NCBI GenBank assembly: GCA_963724295.1
Contig: CAVRUC010000002.1
Span: 128,001 to 192,000, forward strand
From: an uncultured Chloroflexia bacterium
GTDB lineage: Bacteria > Chloroflexota > Chloroflexia > Thermomicrobiales > UBA6265
Direction: 5' to 3'
Length of the DNA: 64,000 bases
Positions 51,631-62,595 of this stretch are shown one piece after another; the stretch's first letter is position 1, and each line of letters begins with the position of its first letter. The position numbers were made by a program, and so were the translations under genes. The notes under the pieces are model-generated. The model saw nothing but the letters and a program-made list of their open reading frames with translations. It did not search any database and had not been told where the DNA came from.

Positions 51631-52974
51631 ATGGCGACAGAGGTCCGCGACCGCGCGGTTGAAACGCCGGGCAGCGCCGCTCACGAGCAGACCATCCAGC
51701 GCTATCGGGACTATGTGACGACGTCGTTCGTCGCCGCGATCGAGCCGGTCGCGGTCGGCAAGGCCGAAGGAGCCACCGTCTGGGACCAGGACGGCACCGA
51801 GTACGTCGACTGCTTCGCCGGTATCTCGGTGGTCAACGCCGGACACCGTCACCCAAAGGTGATCGCCGCCGCTAAGGCGCAGTTGGACGAGGTGGTCCAC
51901 GCGGCGACCTACATCTATCACGTCCCGATCGTCGGTCTCCTCGGCGAGCGCCTGGCCGAGATCGCCCCTGGCCGCTTGCAGAAGAGCTTCTTCGGCAACT
52001 CCGGCGCCGAGGGCATCGAGACGGCCATGCGCCTGGCCAAGGCCTACACCGGCAAGCACGAGTTCATCACCCTCACCCACTCCTTCCACGGACGCACGGC
52101 CGGCACCCTTTCCATCACCGGGAACAAGGCGCGCAAGACGCGCGGCGGGCCATACCTGCCCGGGATCGCCTTTGCTCCGGCGCCTTACGTTTACCGCAAC
52201 CCGTTTGGCGCTGACGATCCGGAAGAGGTCGCGGAGCGCTGCGCGGCGATGGTCGAGTGGGCGATCGACTACCAGTCGAGCGGAGACGTCGCCGCCTTCA
52301 TCGCCGAACCGGTGATGGGTGAGGGGGGCATCCTGGTACCCCCGGCGAGCTACTTCCGGCGGGTGAAGGAAGTCCTCGATCGTCATGGCATCCTCTTCAT
52401 CGCCGACGAGGTCCAATCGGGCTTCGGGCGCACCGGAAAAACCTTCGCCGTCGAGCACTTCGGGGTCGAGCCGGACATCATGGTTCTGGCCAAGGGGATC
52501 GCCGACGGCTTCCCCTTGAGCGCCACGATTGCGCCGCCGGAGATCGCCGATAGTCTCAAACCGGGCGAGCACCTCTCGACCTTTGGCGGCAACCCCGTCT
52601 CCTGCGCGGCCGGGCTGGCCAATATCGAGGTCATGCGGGAGGAGCGGCTGCCGGAAGAATCGGCACGGAAGGGCGAGCATGCGATGGCTCGCCTGCGCCA
52701 GATGGCCGAGCGTCACCCGCTGATCGGGGAGGTGCGTGGTCTCGGTCTGATGATCGGCGTCGAGCTGGTCAAGGACCGGACGACGAAGGAGCCGGCCGCC
52801 AAAGAAGCGGCCATGGTCCGCCGCCTGGCTCGCGAGGCCGGCGTGCTGATCGGCGTCGGCGGGCAGGGAGGGAACGTCGTCCGCATCCAGCCACCGCTGG
52901 TCATCGCCGACGCCGCGCTCGATCGCGCGCTCGACGTCGTGGACGACGCGCTGGGAGCCGTCAGCCGCATGTAA
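51631..52974 (+). CDS. class III PLP aminotransferase (4-aminobutyrate aminotransferase-like)
   Basis: NSGAEG, SFHGRT, EPVMGEGG, DEVQSGFGRTG, AKGIADGFPL, STFGGNP, VRGLGLMIG. Confidence 0.93.
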   Translation: MATEVRDRAVETPGSAAHEQTIQRYRDYVTTSFVAAIEPVAVGKAEGATVWDQDGTEYVDCFAGISVVNAGHRHPKVIAAAKAQLDEVVHAATYIYHVPIVGLLGERLAEIAPGRLQKSFFGNSGAEGIETAMRLAKAYTGKHEFITLTHSFHGRTAGTLSITGNKARKTRGGPYLPGIAFAPAPYVYRNPFGADDPEEVAERCAAMVEWAIDYQSSGDVAAFIAEPVMGEGGILVPPASYFRRVKEVLDRHGILFIADEVQSGFGRTGKTFAVEHFGVEPDIMVLAKGIADGFPLSATIAPPEIADSLKPGEHLSTFGGNPVSCAAGLANIEVMREERLPEESARKGEHAMARLRQMAERHPLIGEVRGLGLMIGVELVKDRTTKEPAAKEAAMVRRLAREAGVLIGVGGQGGNVVRIQPPLVIADAALDRALDVVDDALGAVSRM

Positions 52975-53056
52975 GACGGCCGGACGGCCAAACGGCGAGT
53001 ACGGACGGAAACTGCGCGTCGATTCCTGTCCATGCTGCTCGGAGAGGCAGATTACC

Positions 53057-53461
53057 GTGACTTACAGCGCTGATCCCCGCGTCGATGCCTACATCGATGC
53101 CCTGCCGGACTGGCAGCAAGCCATCTGCCGCGAGGTCCGCGATCTGGTGCACGCCGCGGATCCTGAAGTCGCCGAGACCATCAAGTTCGCGAACCGGCCG
53201 TACTTCGTCCTGCAGGGCAACGTCTGCGCGCTGCTGGCGGCGAAGGACCACGTCAACATCTTCCTCTACGACGGGGCGATGGTCCCTGATCCCGAGAAGA
53301 TCATTACCGGGGGCCACGAGAACACGACCGCGCGCACGGTGGCAATCGGTCAAGGTGAAACGCTCAACGCGCCCGCGCTTAGCGCGATGGTCAAACAGAT
53401 CATCGCCAACAACAGGGCTGGCGGCTGGCGGAAGCTCAAGCGCGAGAACCAGGTGCTCTAA
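53057..53461 (+). CDS. DUF1801 domain protein
   Basis: VDAYIDALPDWQQAI...VAETIKFANRPYF; GGAGAGG RBS. Confidence 0.88.
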   Translation: MTYSADPRVDAYIDALPDWQQAICREVRDLVHAADPEVAETIKFANRPYFVLQGNVCALLAAKDHVNIFLYDGAMVPDPEKIITGGHENTTARTVAIGQGETLNAPALSAMVKQIIANNRAGGWRKLKRENQVL

Positions 53462-53595
53462 AGCATTCAAACCGCCAAGCAGGTGGGGATTGGGTTCTGG
53501 AGTTCCATCCTACCGCCAAGGCGTAGTCGAGCACGGCATGCCGTGCCTCTACCGCTGTGCTCGACTCGGATTGCTCGCCATGAAGCCAAAAACCG

Positions 53596-53624
53596 TGGCA
53601 TAACACGACAATAAATGCTATAAT
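53596..53624 (+). promoter_or_regulatory. extended -10 promoter
   Basis: TGCTATAAT at 53616-53624 in an AT-rich patch; weak -35 TGGCAT 17 nt upstream. Confidence 0.6.
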
Positions 53625-53766
53625 TGGACACAGTCAAAGGCGGTCTTCGGACACTCTTTCGAGGCGGCCAGGAGCAAGCGCCGATGCGTTTCCGCGCTGT
53701 CTGCCGATGCAAATCGGACGTGTAATGAGCCCTGGAATTAGACGTAGAACTCATATGGAAAAGGAC

Positions 53767-54114
53767 ATGCGACGAGCTACCACAAACCGACATACCGCAA
53801 AGCGCCTGGATGCCATGATCTCCCTCCCTCTGGCAAGGTTTCGCCGGGCGCTCGCCGAGCTGACGCCAGACGAGCTCTCGGCACTGGAGGCGCGGATCGC
53901 CCAGCAGAGCGTCAAGAGTCGCTGGGCACGTGGCGGTCACGGCGTCGCCCGGCATCGCTCGCTGCACGAGCTTGCGCTGCTGGCGCGACGGCAGGACGAG
54001 ACGCGGCGCGAGCGGCAGGCCCGGCGCGGAGCCGTGGCGCAGCTTCGCCTCGTCGAGAATGCTCCCACGATGCGCGAGATGCGGACGGCGGAACTGGAAG
54101 AGCGCGCGGCCTGA
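53767..54114 (+). CDS. basic helical hypothetical protein
   Basis: AAGGA RBS; Arg-rich helical 115-aa ORF ending ERAA. Confidence 0.65.
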   Translation: MRRATTNRHTAKRLDAMISLPLARFRRALAELTPDELSALEARIAQQSVKSRWARGGHGVARHRSLHELALLARRQDETRRERQARRGAVAQLRLVENAPTMREMRTAELEERAA

Positions 54115-54123
54115 TCGCGCCGC

Positions 54124-55023
54124 TCAACCGGTAGCGGAGTCGCCGATCCTGGCCGTTTCCCGGCGCCGGCGCTTGGCGACCTTGCCGAAAGCGTGCGTTG
54201 CCGACTGCGCTCGCAACTCCGGGAGCAGCTTCTCATAGGGCATCTTGGTCGTGGCTGAGCTCATCAGCAGGGCCGAGCCGAGCCGCACCGCCGCGTGGTT
54301 GAGCCACGGCCAGCGAAAGCCGTAGAGATCCCGCATCGGCGGCGTCAGCAGGTCGGCGGCGGCTCGCGTCATGACGAGCTGCACGAGTCCTTCCGGTGTG
54401 ACTGGCAGCCGTGGCGGGACCATCATCTCCCGCATCAACTTCGTTTCGGTGACGTAGGCGAGGTGAGGCAGCATGCTGGTCATATAGGCATCCAGCTCGG
54501 CGGCGGTTCCCGGGGCGGTCCCGGGGTCGAGCCCCACCAGCCGCGCCGAAGCGCGCTGCTCCTCGACGAACCGGTCGCGCTCACCTATGGATACCGCCGG
54601 GCCCCAGCGCTCGCAGGCGGTCAGAATCCCCCAGACCAGCGTGCAATGGACCCACATCAGCAGATCCGGTTCATTCGGGGTGTAGGTCTCGCCGCTGATC
54701 GGGTCGACCGCCTGCCGGTGGGCGTGAATGCGGCGCAAGACCTCCCCCGCTCGCTCCGCCGCCTCCGTATCGCCATAGGTGATTGTGTTGATGTACTCCG
54801 CCGTCAGCCGCCCCCGCTCCTCGGGGTCCTCGCGAACATTTGACGCCTGATCGATCATGCGCATGACCCGCGGGTGCAGCATCTGCATCAGGACGGCGGT
54901 CGCGCCGCCGACCGCCGCCGACGGACTCGCCATCAAGCGCCAGGTAACGCTATCCGGGCCGAACAACCCGTCGTCCTTTGGCTGATTGCCATTCGGGATG
55001 TCGATCGGCCGGCTGCTTGCCAT
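54124..55023 (-). CDS. oxygenase MpaB/DUF2236 family protein
   Basis: DDGLFGPDSVTWR, LMQMLHP, RRIH, PDLLMWVHCTL, LVGLD. Confidence 0.88.
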   Translation of the reverse strand: MASSRPIDIPNGNQPKDDGLFGPDSVTWRLMASPSAAVGGATAVLMQMLHPRVMRMIDQASNVREDPEERGRLTAEYINTITYGDTEAAERAGEVLRRIHAHRQAVDPISGETYTPNEPDLLMWVHCTLVWGILTACERWGPAVSIGERDRFVEEQRASARLVGLDPGTAPGTAAELDAYMTSMLPHLAYVTETKLMREMMVPPRLPVTPEGLVQLVMTRAAADLLTPPMRDLYGFRWPWLNHAAVRLGSALLMSSATTKMPYEKLLPELRAQSATHAFGKVAKRRRRETARIGDSATG

Positions 55024-55354
55024 CGTCTCCGCTCCCTGCTTCATCCCGGACCGCGCGTCTTGAGACGCGTCCCGCTCCGGCGGCGCACGTGCACTCCGCT
55101 GGAGCGCCTCAGATCCATCTCCATCCGCATACCGGGATCATCGCAAACCTCGAGGAAACATGTGTCTCTGTGTTCGCGATATGCCATTGCATCGATCCCG
55201 GAGGCAGCGAGCGGACGGTGACCGCTTGTTGGGGTGTATGCCGGCTCCGCCGAAACGGGAGATCGCTTGAGTCGCATGCCTCACGCGCTTGGTCGCTCAG
55301 TGCGGGTGGGAGCAGTGATCGCCTTCTCGGCGCTGACCAGAAACGCGATGAAGC

Positions 55355-56143
55355 TCATGGGTTCATACCAGGGATGCCGGTAGCCGTATCGATCTCCGCG
55401 AGGACGAGCTCCATTGCCGTCGGCTCGATCGCCGAGACTCCCTCGAAGGGCTTGCCGAGCTGGAACTGCAGCAGCAGCAGGAGTGCGACGAGCACGGCCA
55501 GGCCGGCGATCATCAACGCGTGGATCCGCCCGTTGTCGACGGCAAAGAGGTAGGCGAAGCCGATGGTGACAACCGCGCCGATGACGAGGATCACCGCCAT
55601 CGAAATCGGCAGACCCTCCTGGCCGAAAAGCAAACGGTTGCGGCGGGCCTCGCCGAGGTCGTCGAGTTGGAGCAATGCGACCTCATAGCTCGCGCTCTTC
55701 GCGGCAGCGGATGCGTCGGCCCCATTCAATGCCTGCCAGAGCTGATTCATGGTCACGACATCGGCTGTTGGACCAAAATCACCTTGCGCCATCGCCGGCC
55801 ATTCGACGTCGACTACCTGTCTCGCGTAGGTAACCAGGGCGGACTCGACCTCGGCGCGATCGCCGGCCGGCCATCCGTTCGCCGCCCGTGCCAGATTGAG
55901 TACGGCACTCGCTTCGTCAGCGACCGCCGCCCGAGCGTCCCGGTATTCCTCCCACGCCGCAATGACGACGAGGGCCAGAACTACGGCGTAGATCACCCCG
56001 ATGACGGCGTAGACATATCCGGCAACCTCGGTGTGCTGGGCCAGCTGGTCGGCCGGCGCGAACCGGCGCACGAGCGCTAACCCGATCAGCGAAACCAGCA
56101 CAGCGACGAGAACGATCAACGCAACGGTGATGGTCTCGTTCAT
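55355..56143 (-). CDS. DUF4239 family (bestrophin-like) membrane protein
   Basis: IGVIYAVVLALVVIAAWE, EA motif, EWPAM, ARRNRL, PFEG. Confidence 0.85.
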   Translation of the reverse strand: MNETITVALIVLVAVLVSLIGLALVRRFAPADQLAQHTEVAGYVYAVIGVIYAVVLALVVIAAWEEYRDARAAVADEASAVLNLARAANGWPAGDRAEVESALVTYARQVVDVEWPAMAQGDFGPTADVVTMNQLWQALNGADASAAAKSASYEVALLQLDDLGEARRNRLLFGQEGLPISMAVILVIGAVVTIGFAYLFAVDNGRIHALMIAGLAVLVALLLLLQFQLGKPFEGVSAIEPTAMELVLAEIDTATGIPGMNP

Positions 56144-56574
56144 CTCGCGGCTGACCTCCTTCTCCCTCGGCGATCCCCAATTCCGACCCGATCATCGCAT
56201 TGCGCGGGTAACCTGAGCGGCTGTGCCGCGGGCCATGCTCGCCGTCGGTTGCGCCATGCACCGGAACATGGCCTGCGGGCGTTTGTCTGCCGCGGGGACC
56301 GTGATCACGCCAGCGGCACAGGCAGCCGGTGCGCACGCGATCATTGACCTGGGCAGTGCGATCTCACAAACCATGTCCGCGTGCGTCATATCGTGAAGAG
56401 GGAAGCGATTCCCGCGATTTGCCATGCCCCATGAGGCTCGCTGCGCAGCGGCATGCCGCGAGAGCGTGACCGGGTTCACCGTCTTCCGCGATGTCGATTC
56501 TGGCCCCTCCTGAACGACTACTGAATGGAAAAGCAATGCCCTATCGGCACGGTAGAGAACCGCAGGAGGAACGC

Positions 56575-58152
56575 GTGGACCGACAAGCAATTGACGACAT
56601 CTTCGGACCTGTCATAGCCAGGAACGAGCACGCGCTCCTCTCGGACGATCCAGCATTCCGGGGAGCGATTTCTGCCGAGCCACTGACCCAACTGGAGATC
56701 GTGGCTCAGGCTCGCCAGAACAGTGACGCTGAAGAATCCCAGCCAGGGGCCAGCGCGGCCGGTACCGCCCTCGAGCCCATGGCGATCGAGCCGATGACGC
56801 AGCGTCGCGTGCTGACGCTGGCCACGCCAATCATCGGCGAGAATCTGCTCCAGACCCTGGTTGGCGCAGTCGACACGTTCATGGTGGCGCGTCTCGGTGC
56901 GGCGGCTGTCGCCGGCGTCGGGATTGGCTTCGAGCTGGTCTTCTTCATCATCTCGATCCTCTCCGCCATCGACATCGGCGCCACGGTTCTGGTCTCGCAA
57001 GCCATCGGCGCCGGCCAGCAGGAGCGTGCCAACCGGCTCGCTCGCCAGGCCATCGTCTGGGGGCTTCTGCTGGCCGTCCCAGTCTCGATCGGGATGTTTG
57101 CCGCGGCCCCGACCGTCATCAGCCTCTTTGGCGCCGAGCCTGACGTGACGGCGGCGGCGACGACCTACCTGCAGGTCACCGCCGCGACGAGCGTCGCGCT
57201 CTTTCTCTCGTTCGTCTGCGGAGCGGTGCTGCGCGGGGCCGGGGACAGTCGCACGCCGCTGCAGGCGGCGGTGCTGGCCAACGTCGTGAACGTCATCGTC
57301 GCCTACGTGCTCATCTTCGGTCACCTCGGATTTCCGGCCCTCGGCGTTGCCGGCAGCGCGCTCGGTGCCGCGGCCGGCCGTTCCCTGGGCGCCGCGTACA
57401 TGCTGCTGGTGATGGCGCGGGGTCGCAAGGCGATCTCGCTCAGCGGGAGCTGGGGCTGGCGGCCGCGCCTGACCACGGCCCGGCAACTGCTGACGCTGGG
57501 CGTCCCCGCCGCCATGGAGCAAGTGCTCTCCTCAGGCGCGTTCATGGTCCTGGTTGGCGTCGTGTCCCTGATCGGCACTCACGCCCTGGCGGCGCAACAG
57601 ATCACCTTCACCGCGCTCTCGCTGGCCTTCCTCCCGGCCTTCGGCTTCTCCATCGCCGCGACCGCGCTGGTCGGCCAGAGCATCGGCGCGCGAGTGCCGG
57701 CCGACGCCAGGAAAGCGTCGCGGATCGCGCTGCGCTGGGCGCTGATCTGGATGGCGACCGGCGGTGTCCTCACGTTCCTCTTCAGCGACCGCGTGATTGG
57801 CGTCTTTTCGGCCGATCCGGCCGTGATCGAGTCCGGAACTGCAGCGTTGCGCGCGTTGAGCGTTGCGCTCCCGTTCTGGGCGCTCTGGTTCGTCAGTAGC
57901 GGCAGCCTGCGCGGGAGCGGCGATACCCGGACACCGCTGTTCATCGGCGCCTCGACGATGTGGCTGTCGGTGCTGATCGCCTGGATCGCGGTGCGCTGGT
58001 TCGACGCCGGGTTGGGAACGGTCTGGCTCGCCTTCGTCCTGACCACGGCGCCGGCGTCGGTGCTGATGTGGTGGGTCTATCGCCGGCGCATCGCCGACTT
58101 CGAGCAAGGGCGGCGAGAGATTCCTGATCTCGCCGCCGCCCCCGGGCATTGA
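56575..58152 (+). CDS. MATE family efflux transporter
   Basis: LATPIIGENLLQTLVGAVDTFMV, LRGAGDSRTPL, LVGQSIGA, LRGSGDTRTPL; AGGAGG RBS. Confidence 0.93.
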   Translation: MDRQAIDDIFGPVIARNEHALLSDDPAFRGAISAEPLTQLEIVAQARQNSDAEESQPGASAAGTALEPMAIEPMTQRRVLTLATPIIGENLLQTLVGAVDTFMVARLGAAAVAGVGIGFELVFFIISILSAIDIGATVLVSQAIGAGQQERANRLARQAIVWGLLLAVPVSIGMFAAAPTVISLFGAEPDVTAAATTYLQVTAATSVALFLSFVCGAVLRGAGDSRTPLQAAVLANVVNVIVAYVLIFGHLGFPALGVAGSALGAAAGRSLGAAYMLLVMARGRKAISLSGSWGWRPRLTTARQLLTLGVPAAMEQVLSSGAFMVLVGVVSLIGTHALAAQQITFTALSLAFLPAFGFSIAATALVGQSIGARVPADARKASRIALRWALIWMATGGVLTFLFSDRVIGVFSADPAVIESGTAALRALSVALPFWALWFVSSGSLRGSGDTRTPLFIGASTMWLSVLIAWIAVRWFDAGLGTVWLAFVLTTAPASVLMWWVYRRRIADFEQGRREIPDLAAAPGH

Positions 58153-58166
58153 GGGAACGACTTGAC

Positions 58167-58260
58167 GGCTATCGGCTCTCAGCTATCGGTCTTTTCTCGT
58201 CCTAGCCGTCTAGCCGTCTACTCACCGTACTTCACCGACTTACCGACTTACCGACTTCCG
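58167..58260. repeat. composite tandem repeat (GCTATC-type + CTAGCCGT + ACCGACTT)
   Basis: third copy of the cassette; supplies the APH gene's last codons and stop. Confidence 0.8.
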
Positions 58261-59139
58261 TTCCCCAAGCACGTCGTCGATGATTCGTCGCGACGTGCTT
58301 GCGGCAAGGGCATTCGTGCCTGGGAGGGCAGCGAGGGTAATCAGGGCCTTCCATAGGTTCCACCCACGTCCGCGGGCCCAGGTCGCATCGTCGAGCGGAA
58401 GTGCCGCGCGGAACGTCTCCCGGCTTTCTCCAGAAAAAAGCGTCCAGGCGATCGCCAGATCGCACGCGGGATCGCCTACACCCGAGCTTCCGAAATCGAT
58501 AACCGCGCTCAGCTGGCCCTTCTCGACGAGGAGATTCCCGGCGGCGACGTCGCCGTGGACCCAGACCGGCGAACCGCGCCACGTCGCCGCCAGCGCTTCC
58601 TCCCAGACCGCGGTCGCGGCGTCGGTATCGATACTGCCCTCGAGGGCGGCAATCGCCTGCCGGGTCTCTCCGTCGTAGACGGTCAGCGGTCCACCGCGAT
58701 AGAAATTGTGCGGTCCGGGCGGAGGCCCCCCAGTAGCGTCGATCTGGTACAGGGCGACGAGGAAGTCCGCCAGATCAAGCGCGAATTGGCGGAGATCGGC
58801 GATTCCCTCGATCGTGGCAATCTCACCATCGAGCCACCGGTAGACCGACCAATGCCAGGGATACCCATCGCCCGGCTGTCCCATCGCCAGCGGGACCGGG
58901 ATGGGCAACGGCAGGTGCGGCGCGAGTCTGGGCAACCAGCGCTGTTCTTTTTCCACTTGCAGGGCATAGGCCGCCGCACTCGGGAGCCGCACTGTCATCT
59001 GCTCGCCCAGGTGAAACGTCCGGTTATCCCAACCACCGACGTCAACCGGCCTGATGGGAAGGTGGGCCCACTCCGGAAACTGCGTGGCGACCAGCCGGCT
59101 CACGAGCGAGACGCCGATCGGAAACTTGTCGGGATGCAT
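58240..59139 (-). CDS. aminoglycoside phosphotransferase-family kinase
   Basis: GWDNRTFHLG, VRLPS, KEQRWLP, WVHGDVAAGNLL, VIDFG, GDPACD. Confidence 0.9.
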   Translation of the reverse strand: MHPDKFPIGVSLVSRLVATQFPEWAHLPIRPVDVGGWDNRTFHLGEQMTVRLPSAAAYALQVEKEQRWLPRLAPHLPLPIPVPLAMGQPGDGYPWHWSVYRWLDGEIATIEGIADLRQFALDLADFLVALYQIDATGGPPPGPHNFYRGGPLTVYDGETRQAIAALEGSIDTDAATAVWEEALAATWRGSPVWVHGDVAAGNLLVEKGQLSAVIDFGSSGVGDPACDLAIAWTLFSGESRETFRAALPLDDATWARGRGWNLWKALITLAALPGTNALAASTSRRIIDDVLGERKSVSR

Positions 59140-59164
59140 GATTTCAGCGGCCTCGTCGTGGCAC

Positions 59165-59650
59165 TCAGAGGCGCCGGTACATGATGTGCAGGCCAACCCG
59201 GCCCAGCGTCGGGTGTGCGAACGCCTCGGGAACGGTGCCGATGATCTGAAATCCAAGCTCCTGCCAGAGCCGCACGGCGGCCAGGTTTGACTCGACGACG
59301 GCGTTGAACTGCATCGCGGCGTACCCCTGCTCTTTGGCCCAGGAGAGCGCGTACTCGCCAAGTGCGCGCCCGGCTCCCCGGCCCCGCGCATCGGCGGCGA
59401 CCATGAAGCTGGCGGTGGCCACGTGTGCACCCCGACCGGGACGATTCGGTCCCATTTTCGCCGTTCCGAGCACTCGTGATCCCTCGCAGGCGACGACCGT
59501 GTGGCCCGGCGGCGCCTCGACCCATACCTCTCGCGCCTGCTCGGATGACCAGTCCGGGTCGTACGTGTAGGTTTCGCCGGCGACGACGACCTCCTGGAAG
59601 ATCATCCAGACGAACGGCCAATCGTCGTCTGAGTATTCCCGAATCTGCAC
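59165..59650 (-). CDS. GNAT acetyltransferase
   Basis: ARGRGAGRAL acetyl-CoA motif; MQFNAVVESN, LGF. Confidence 0.9.
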   Translation of the reverse strand: MQIREYSDDDWPFVWMIFQEVVVAGETYTYDPDWSSEQAREVWVEAPPGHTVVACEGSRVLGTAKMGPNRPGRGAHVATASFMVAADARGRGAGRALGEYALSWAKEQGYAAMQFNAVVESNLAAVRLWQELGFQIIGTVPEAFAHPTLGRVGLHIMYRRL

Positions 59651-59696
59651 CGCGATACCCTTTTCCTAGCGCCGGGAGCGAGCAAGCGTGATTCCG

Positions 59697-60221
59697 TTAT
59701 GAGATTCGAGTCCCGTCGGTCAGATCGTAGCGGAAGAAGAGCCAGCGATCGTGGAGCTCCACCGGGATCTCGCTCTCGGGGTACGGATCGCACAGCTGGA
59801 AACCGGCGGCAGGGTAGAGCCGGCGGGCTGCGGGCATGAGCCCGTCGGTGTCCAGGCGGACCTCCTGGTAGCCCGCTTGCCGTGCCGCGGCCAGCAGTGC
59901 GTCGAGCAGTTTTCGGCTGAGGCCGCGACCCCGCACCTCGGGCCGCACGTACATCCGCTTGATCTCTGCGACACCGGGACCAAGCGGCCGAAGCCCGCCG
60001 CAGCCCAGGACGGTCTCGCCCTCAGCTACCAGCAATAACCGTCCCGCGGGCGGGGCGAACTGCGACAGTTGACTCATCACGGCGACGGTAGCGGCGGCAA
60101 TGTCTTGCTCGATGCCAAACGCTCGATCGAGGCGCGCTGTGCCCTCCGCGAGGTAGGCGGTCAACAGCTCCCGAAGATCCGCCTCGTGCGCTTCTGGAAC
60201 AAAAGCGACCAACTCGACCAC
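59697..60221 (-). CDS. GNAT acetyltransferase
   Basis: AEIKRMYVRPEVRGRGL, VRLDT. Confidence 0.88.
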   Translation of the reverse strand: MVELVAFVPEAHEADLRELLTAYLAEGTARLDRAFGIEQDIAAATVAVMSQLSQFAPPAGRLLLVAEGETVLGCGGLRPLGPGVAEIKRMYVRPEVRGRGLSRKLLDALLAAARQAGYQEVRLDTDGLMPAARRLYPAAGFQLCDPYPESEIPVELHDRWLFFRYDLTDGTRIS

Positions 60222-60386
60222 GCCGCCCCTCAACTACGCTCGGTTCGCTCCCGGCCTCATAGTCCAAGAGCGACCTGCCAAGCGGGAGCATCCGAGGAGT
60301 CCGTCGTGCCACAGCCCATGGCTGCGATGAGGGTAGCGTATCGTGCCGGCGACAATGCCCGCCCGGATATTGAACGGTACGAGCCG

Positions 60387-62342
60387 CTATCCGACGTGAA
60401 CGACCGGGCGTCGTGCCGGGTCGGGCTCAGCCTTGCGGAGGATCTCCCGTGTGGTCGGGGCGATGTCGCCTTCACCGAAGAAGATGAACCGTGCCAGATA
60501 CTTCAGGGGATTGCCTTCCGCCCAGCCGAAATACGCATGAGGCGGCTTGCGCATGCGGTCGCGAATGGCGAGGAGGACGGCCGCGAGCGTGTTGGGGACC
60601 GCGGTTCCCTCGGCCCGGAGCACGCGGAACCCGCCGATCTCTTCACCGCAGACGCGAACTGGTGCGGCGAACTCCGAAGCGTCGCGCACCGTCACTTCGA
60701 GAAAGACTATGGGATCTCCCAGGGGGATGTGACTCGCTTCGCGCTCCCCTCGTTCCTTCAATAGGTACTCCCGCGTGGTTCGCTCGTCCGGATGATTGGC
60801 GATGAAACGCATGGTGCCCCGGGGGCTGGCTTCGGCAACCCAGCGCTCGGCCGTCTCGTCAAAGTCGACGGCGCTGGTACGCAGCTCGGTCGAGCGGAGC
60901 GCGCGGGAGATGAGCGAGACGATGACGATGGCGGCGATGAAGAAACTGGCGATCTTGATGCCGTCTGGCCGCTCGATGACGTTGGCGACGAGGGTGTAGG
61001 CGAAAACGAGCGCAATCACCGCGAATGCCCCCGTCAGCAATCGCTGCTGGGCCTTTCGTGCAGCCAGGGTGACTGCCACGGCGGCCGACGTGATCAGTAC
61101 CAGGACACCGGTGGCGTAAGCGCCGGCTTGCGCCTCGACGTCGGCGCGAAAGATCAGGGTGATCATGAATGCGAGCAGTGTGAATACGAGCACCAACGGT
61201 CGAGTGGCGTGCGCCCAGTCCGGCGCCATGCCGTAGCGCGGCAGATAGCGGGGCACGATGTTGAGCAAGCCGGCCATCGCCGAGGCGCCGGCAAACCAGA
61301 GGATCAGGATCGTGGAGACGTCGTAGGCGGTGCCGAAGCCATCACCCAGAAACTCGTGCGCCAGAAAGGCGAGGGCGCGGCCTGACGCCTCGCCACCCTC
61401 CTCGAACTCTTCATGGGGGATGAGCAGGGTGGTGACGAAGCTGGTGGTGATAAGGAAGCCGCTCATGATCAGCGCGGCAGAGGTGAGGAGCTTCTGGGTA
61501 TTGCGAATGCGGCCCGCGGGGTGCCCGGCTGCATCCGTGGGGTTCCCCTTGACCAAAGGCATCACTGCCACCCCGGTCTCAAACCCGGAAAGACCCAGTG
61601 CCAATCGAGGGAAGACAAGGAGGGCGACTGCCACCATCATGATCGGGCTGCCGTGCTGGGTGAAGAGCGCCTCGCGCCAGTTGCCGAGCACACCCGGGTT
61701 CGCCAAAACGTGTTGCAAGCTGACCGCCACCACCACCGCGTTGAGTCCGAGATAGATGACCACCAGCGCCACGGCGATGCCAATCGCCTCCTTAAAGCCT
61801 TTCAGGAAGACTCCACCCAGGATGGCGATGAGGACAAGGGTGATCGCGACCTGGTGATCCTTCAGCACCGGCGGCAGGAACGGGTTCTCCAGAACGTGCG
61901 CGGTGGCATCGGCGGCGGAGAGGGTGATGGTGACGATGAAGTCGGTGGCGACGAACCCCAGGAGCACCAGCACGAAGAGTTTGCCCTGCCACCAGGGGAG
62001 CAACCGCTCCAGCATGGCAATCGAGCCTTCGCCACGGGGGCTTTCTGCAGCGACGCGGCGGTAGACGGGTAATGCGCCAAACAACGTGAGCAGGACGAGG
62101 ATGAAGGTGGCGACTGGCGAGAGCACTCCAGCCGCCAACGCGGCGATGCCGGGCTGATAGCCGAGGGTGGAGAAGTAATCGACCCCCGTCAGGCACATCA
62201 CCTGCCACCAGGGATGCTGGTGGTGTGGCCGTGAAGACTCGTAGGGACCTTCCATCTCCTGCGGCTGATCGTGCAGTAACCAGTGAGAAAGGGGGCGGGG
62301 CTGCCTCGTCGGGAGGCTTGGCGCAACCCGCATTGTGGCCAT
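60387..62342 (-). CDS. APC-superfamily transporter (KimA/amino-acid permease-like)
   Basis: [38 protein letters not shown]; many TM helices and a soluble C-terminal domain. Confidence 0.88.
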   Translation of the reverse strand: MATMRVAPSLPTRQPRPLSHWLLHDQPQEMEGPYESSRPHHQHPWWQVMCLTGVDYFSTLGYQPGIAALAAGVLSPVATFILVLLTLFGALPVYRRVAAESPRGEGSIAMLERLLPWWQGKLFVLVLLGFVATDFIVTITLSAADATAHVLENPFLPPVLKDHQVAITLVLIAILGGVFLKGFKEAIGIAVALVVIYLGLNAVVVAVSLQHVLANPGVLGNWREALFTQHGSPIMMVAVALLVFPRLALGLSGFETGVAVMPLVKGNPTDAAGHPAGRIRNTQKLLTSAALIMSGFLITTSFVTTLLIPHEEFEEGGEASGRALAFLAHEFLGDGFGTAYDVSTILILWFAGASAMAGLLNIVPRYLPRYGMAPDWAHATRPLVLVFTLLAFMITLIFRADVEAQAGAYATGVLVLITSAAVAVTLAARKAQQRLLTGAFAVIALVFAYTLVANVIERPDGIKIASFFIAAIVIVSLISRALRSTELRTSAVDFDETAERWVAEASPRGTMRFIANHPDERTTREYLLKERGEREASHIPLGDPIVFLEVTVRDASEFAAPVRVCGEEIGGFRVLRAEGTAVPNTLAAVLLAIRDRMRKPPHAYFGWAEGNPLKYLARFIFFGEGDIAPTTREILRKAEPDPARRPVVHVG

Positions 62343-62446
62343 GAGTTCTCCGCTGACACCGCCAGCATGCTGAAAGCGAGTATGCGAAACAGCGCCCAAT
62401 GTGCGCCCCGAGTCCGGGCACGATCAGCGAGCGTACTGGCAGGGGC

Positions 62447-62496
62447 CTTAGAGCTGCGTATGAATCAGGCGCCTGGATGTTAGAAAATCGTTAGAA
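62447..62496. promoter_or_regulatory. putative OmpR/KdpE-type tandem binding site
   Basis: GTTAGAA at 62479 and 62490 (11-bp period); degenerate CTTAGAG 62447 and GTATGAA 62458. Confidence 0.5.
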
Positions 62497-62595
62497 CTTC
62501 AGTCATTCAGACGGCAATGCTGGGGAACACGAAGCCCACGCACGGTATCGTTTGCTCCAGTGACGCATAAAGAACATGAACGTCACACCAGAGAG

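Noticed and set aside
56192..56400. Small Cys/Met-rich ORF upstream of the DUF4239 gene
   Set aside because: No RBS or recognisable motif; cannot be distinguished from chance
56575..60221. Antibiotic resistance island (MATE, APH, two GNATs)
   Set aside because: Broad families with unknown substrates; no integron, IS or obvious compositional anomaly
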